DNA from: Lama glama
Taxonomy: Eukaryota
Length of the DNA: 64,000 bases
Assembly: GCA_028534125.1 (NCBI GenBank)
Contig: CM052816.1
Location: forward strand, 97,404,001 to 97,468,000
Direction of reading: 5' to 3'
Shown: positions 63,168 through 64,000 of the stretch, piece by piece
How the letters are laid out: the number at the start of each line of letters is the position of its first letter
Numbering within the stretch: position 1 is the stretch's first letter
Notes under the pieces: model-generated
What the model was told of the DNA's origin: nothing
The model's database searches: none
The model's input: the letters and a program-made list of their open reading frames with translations, nothing else
Program-made: the position numbers and the translations under genes

Positions 63168-64000
63168 TGTTCTCAAACACTTTTATTAACCCCTTTCCCA
63201 CATCTATTTCCTTAGCAGCTCTCCGCACATAGTCTAAAGCAATGCTTTGTTAACTCGTACATCAGACATCAAAGACACTAGAAACACTTCATCTTTTAGA
63301 AAGAACTTAGTGGACATTTGATATTCTGTTTGGTAAGTTGAGTAAGTCCTCTTTAAGGGTATGTAAACCTAGATTTCCTGATAGACTTTGCGTTAAATAA
63401 TTGACTGGAGAGAAGGCACCGGCGATCCCTTTCTCATCTTCGGATTCCCAGTCCTGGGCTTCTGTCCTCGGAGCACTCAGTTTCATTGCTCAGCACAGAG
63501 CTCAGAGGAGCCGTATGGCTGCAGCCCTGTGGGGCCAGCTCCCTGAGCAGCAGCAGCGGGGTTGGGGTGGGGGTTCCTCTTCTGTTCTCCCCACTCCTCC
63601 ATCTGGGCAGGGGTCGGGGGCCATGGGGATCATGAACGAAGTCGGGGATGCGACAGGCTTGCTGTGGAGACTTCCCCAGTTCACACCTCAGTTCTTTCTG
63701 TTAAGGAGTATATATAGAAAAAATGTGTTTATAAGAATAGCCATTTGAAAAACAAGGTTAGCAGTTTGCAAAGTTTCTGCATAATCATATTACCATCAAC
63801 ACTTAAGAATTGCTGATTCCATGACAGGCACGCTTGACGTGTGTTAACTTACACCATCTGCCCGACGACCCAGCGAAGGAGGTACTGTTGTCAGACACCT
63901 CGTCTGAGGCCTAAGGAGAGTCAGTGAATCATGCGAGACCCCAGAGCCAAAGGCAGGGACCTGGATTCGAGGCAGACCAGCTCCCGAGCCCAGGATCCTG

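Overview
Mammalian genomic DNA, most likely a camelid (alpaca/camel), inferred from the tRNA-derived Vic-1-like SINEs and the young L1 3' ends. The only protein-coding gene I can support is the 5' end of adenylate cyclase 2 (ADCY2) on the minus strand: a CpG-island promoter (~24.8-27.6 kb), coding exon 1 (25439-25215), a 19.7-kb intron 1 and coding exon 2 (5482-5285). Intron 2 runs off the left edge of the window. The remaining ~38 kb is upstream intergenic DNA. The rest of the window is transposable-element debris (L1, L2, MIR, camelid SINEs, MaLR/ERV LTRs, hAT and Tigger DNA elements), small tandem duplications and two 500-N assembly gaps within or at the edge of young L1s. Repeat family names come from my recall of consensus sequences, not from a database search. 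I found no convincing new biological system. The best leads are a MER41-like LTR whose GAS-position motif overlaps an NF-kB-like site, ADCY2 N-terminal features (coding GCG/GGC repeat, a possible G-to-R change, alternative starts), a nested MaLR provirus remnant, and an exon-like segment oriented divergently from ADCY2.
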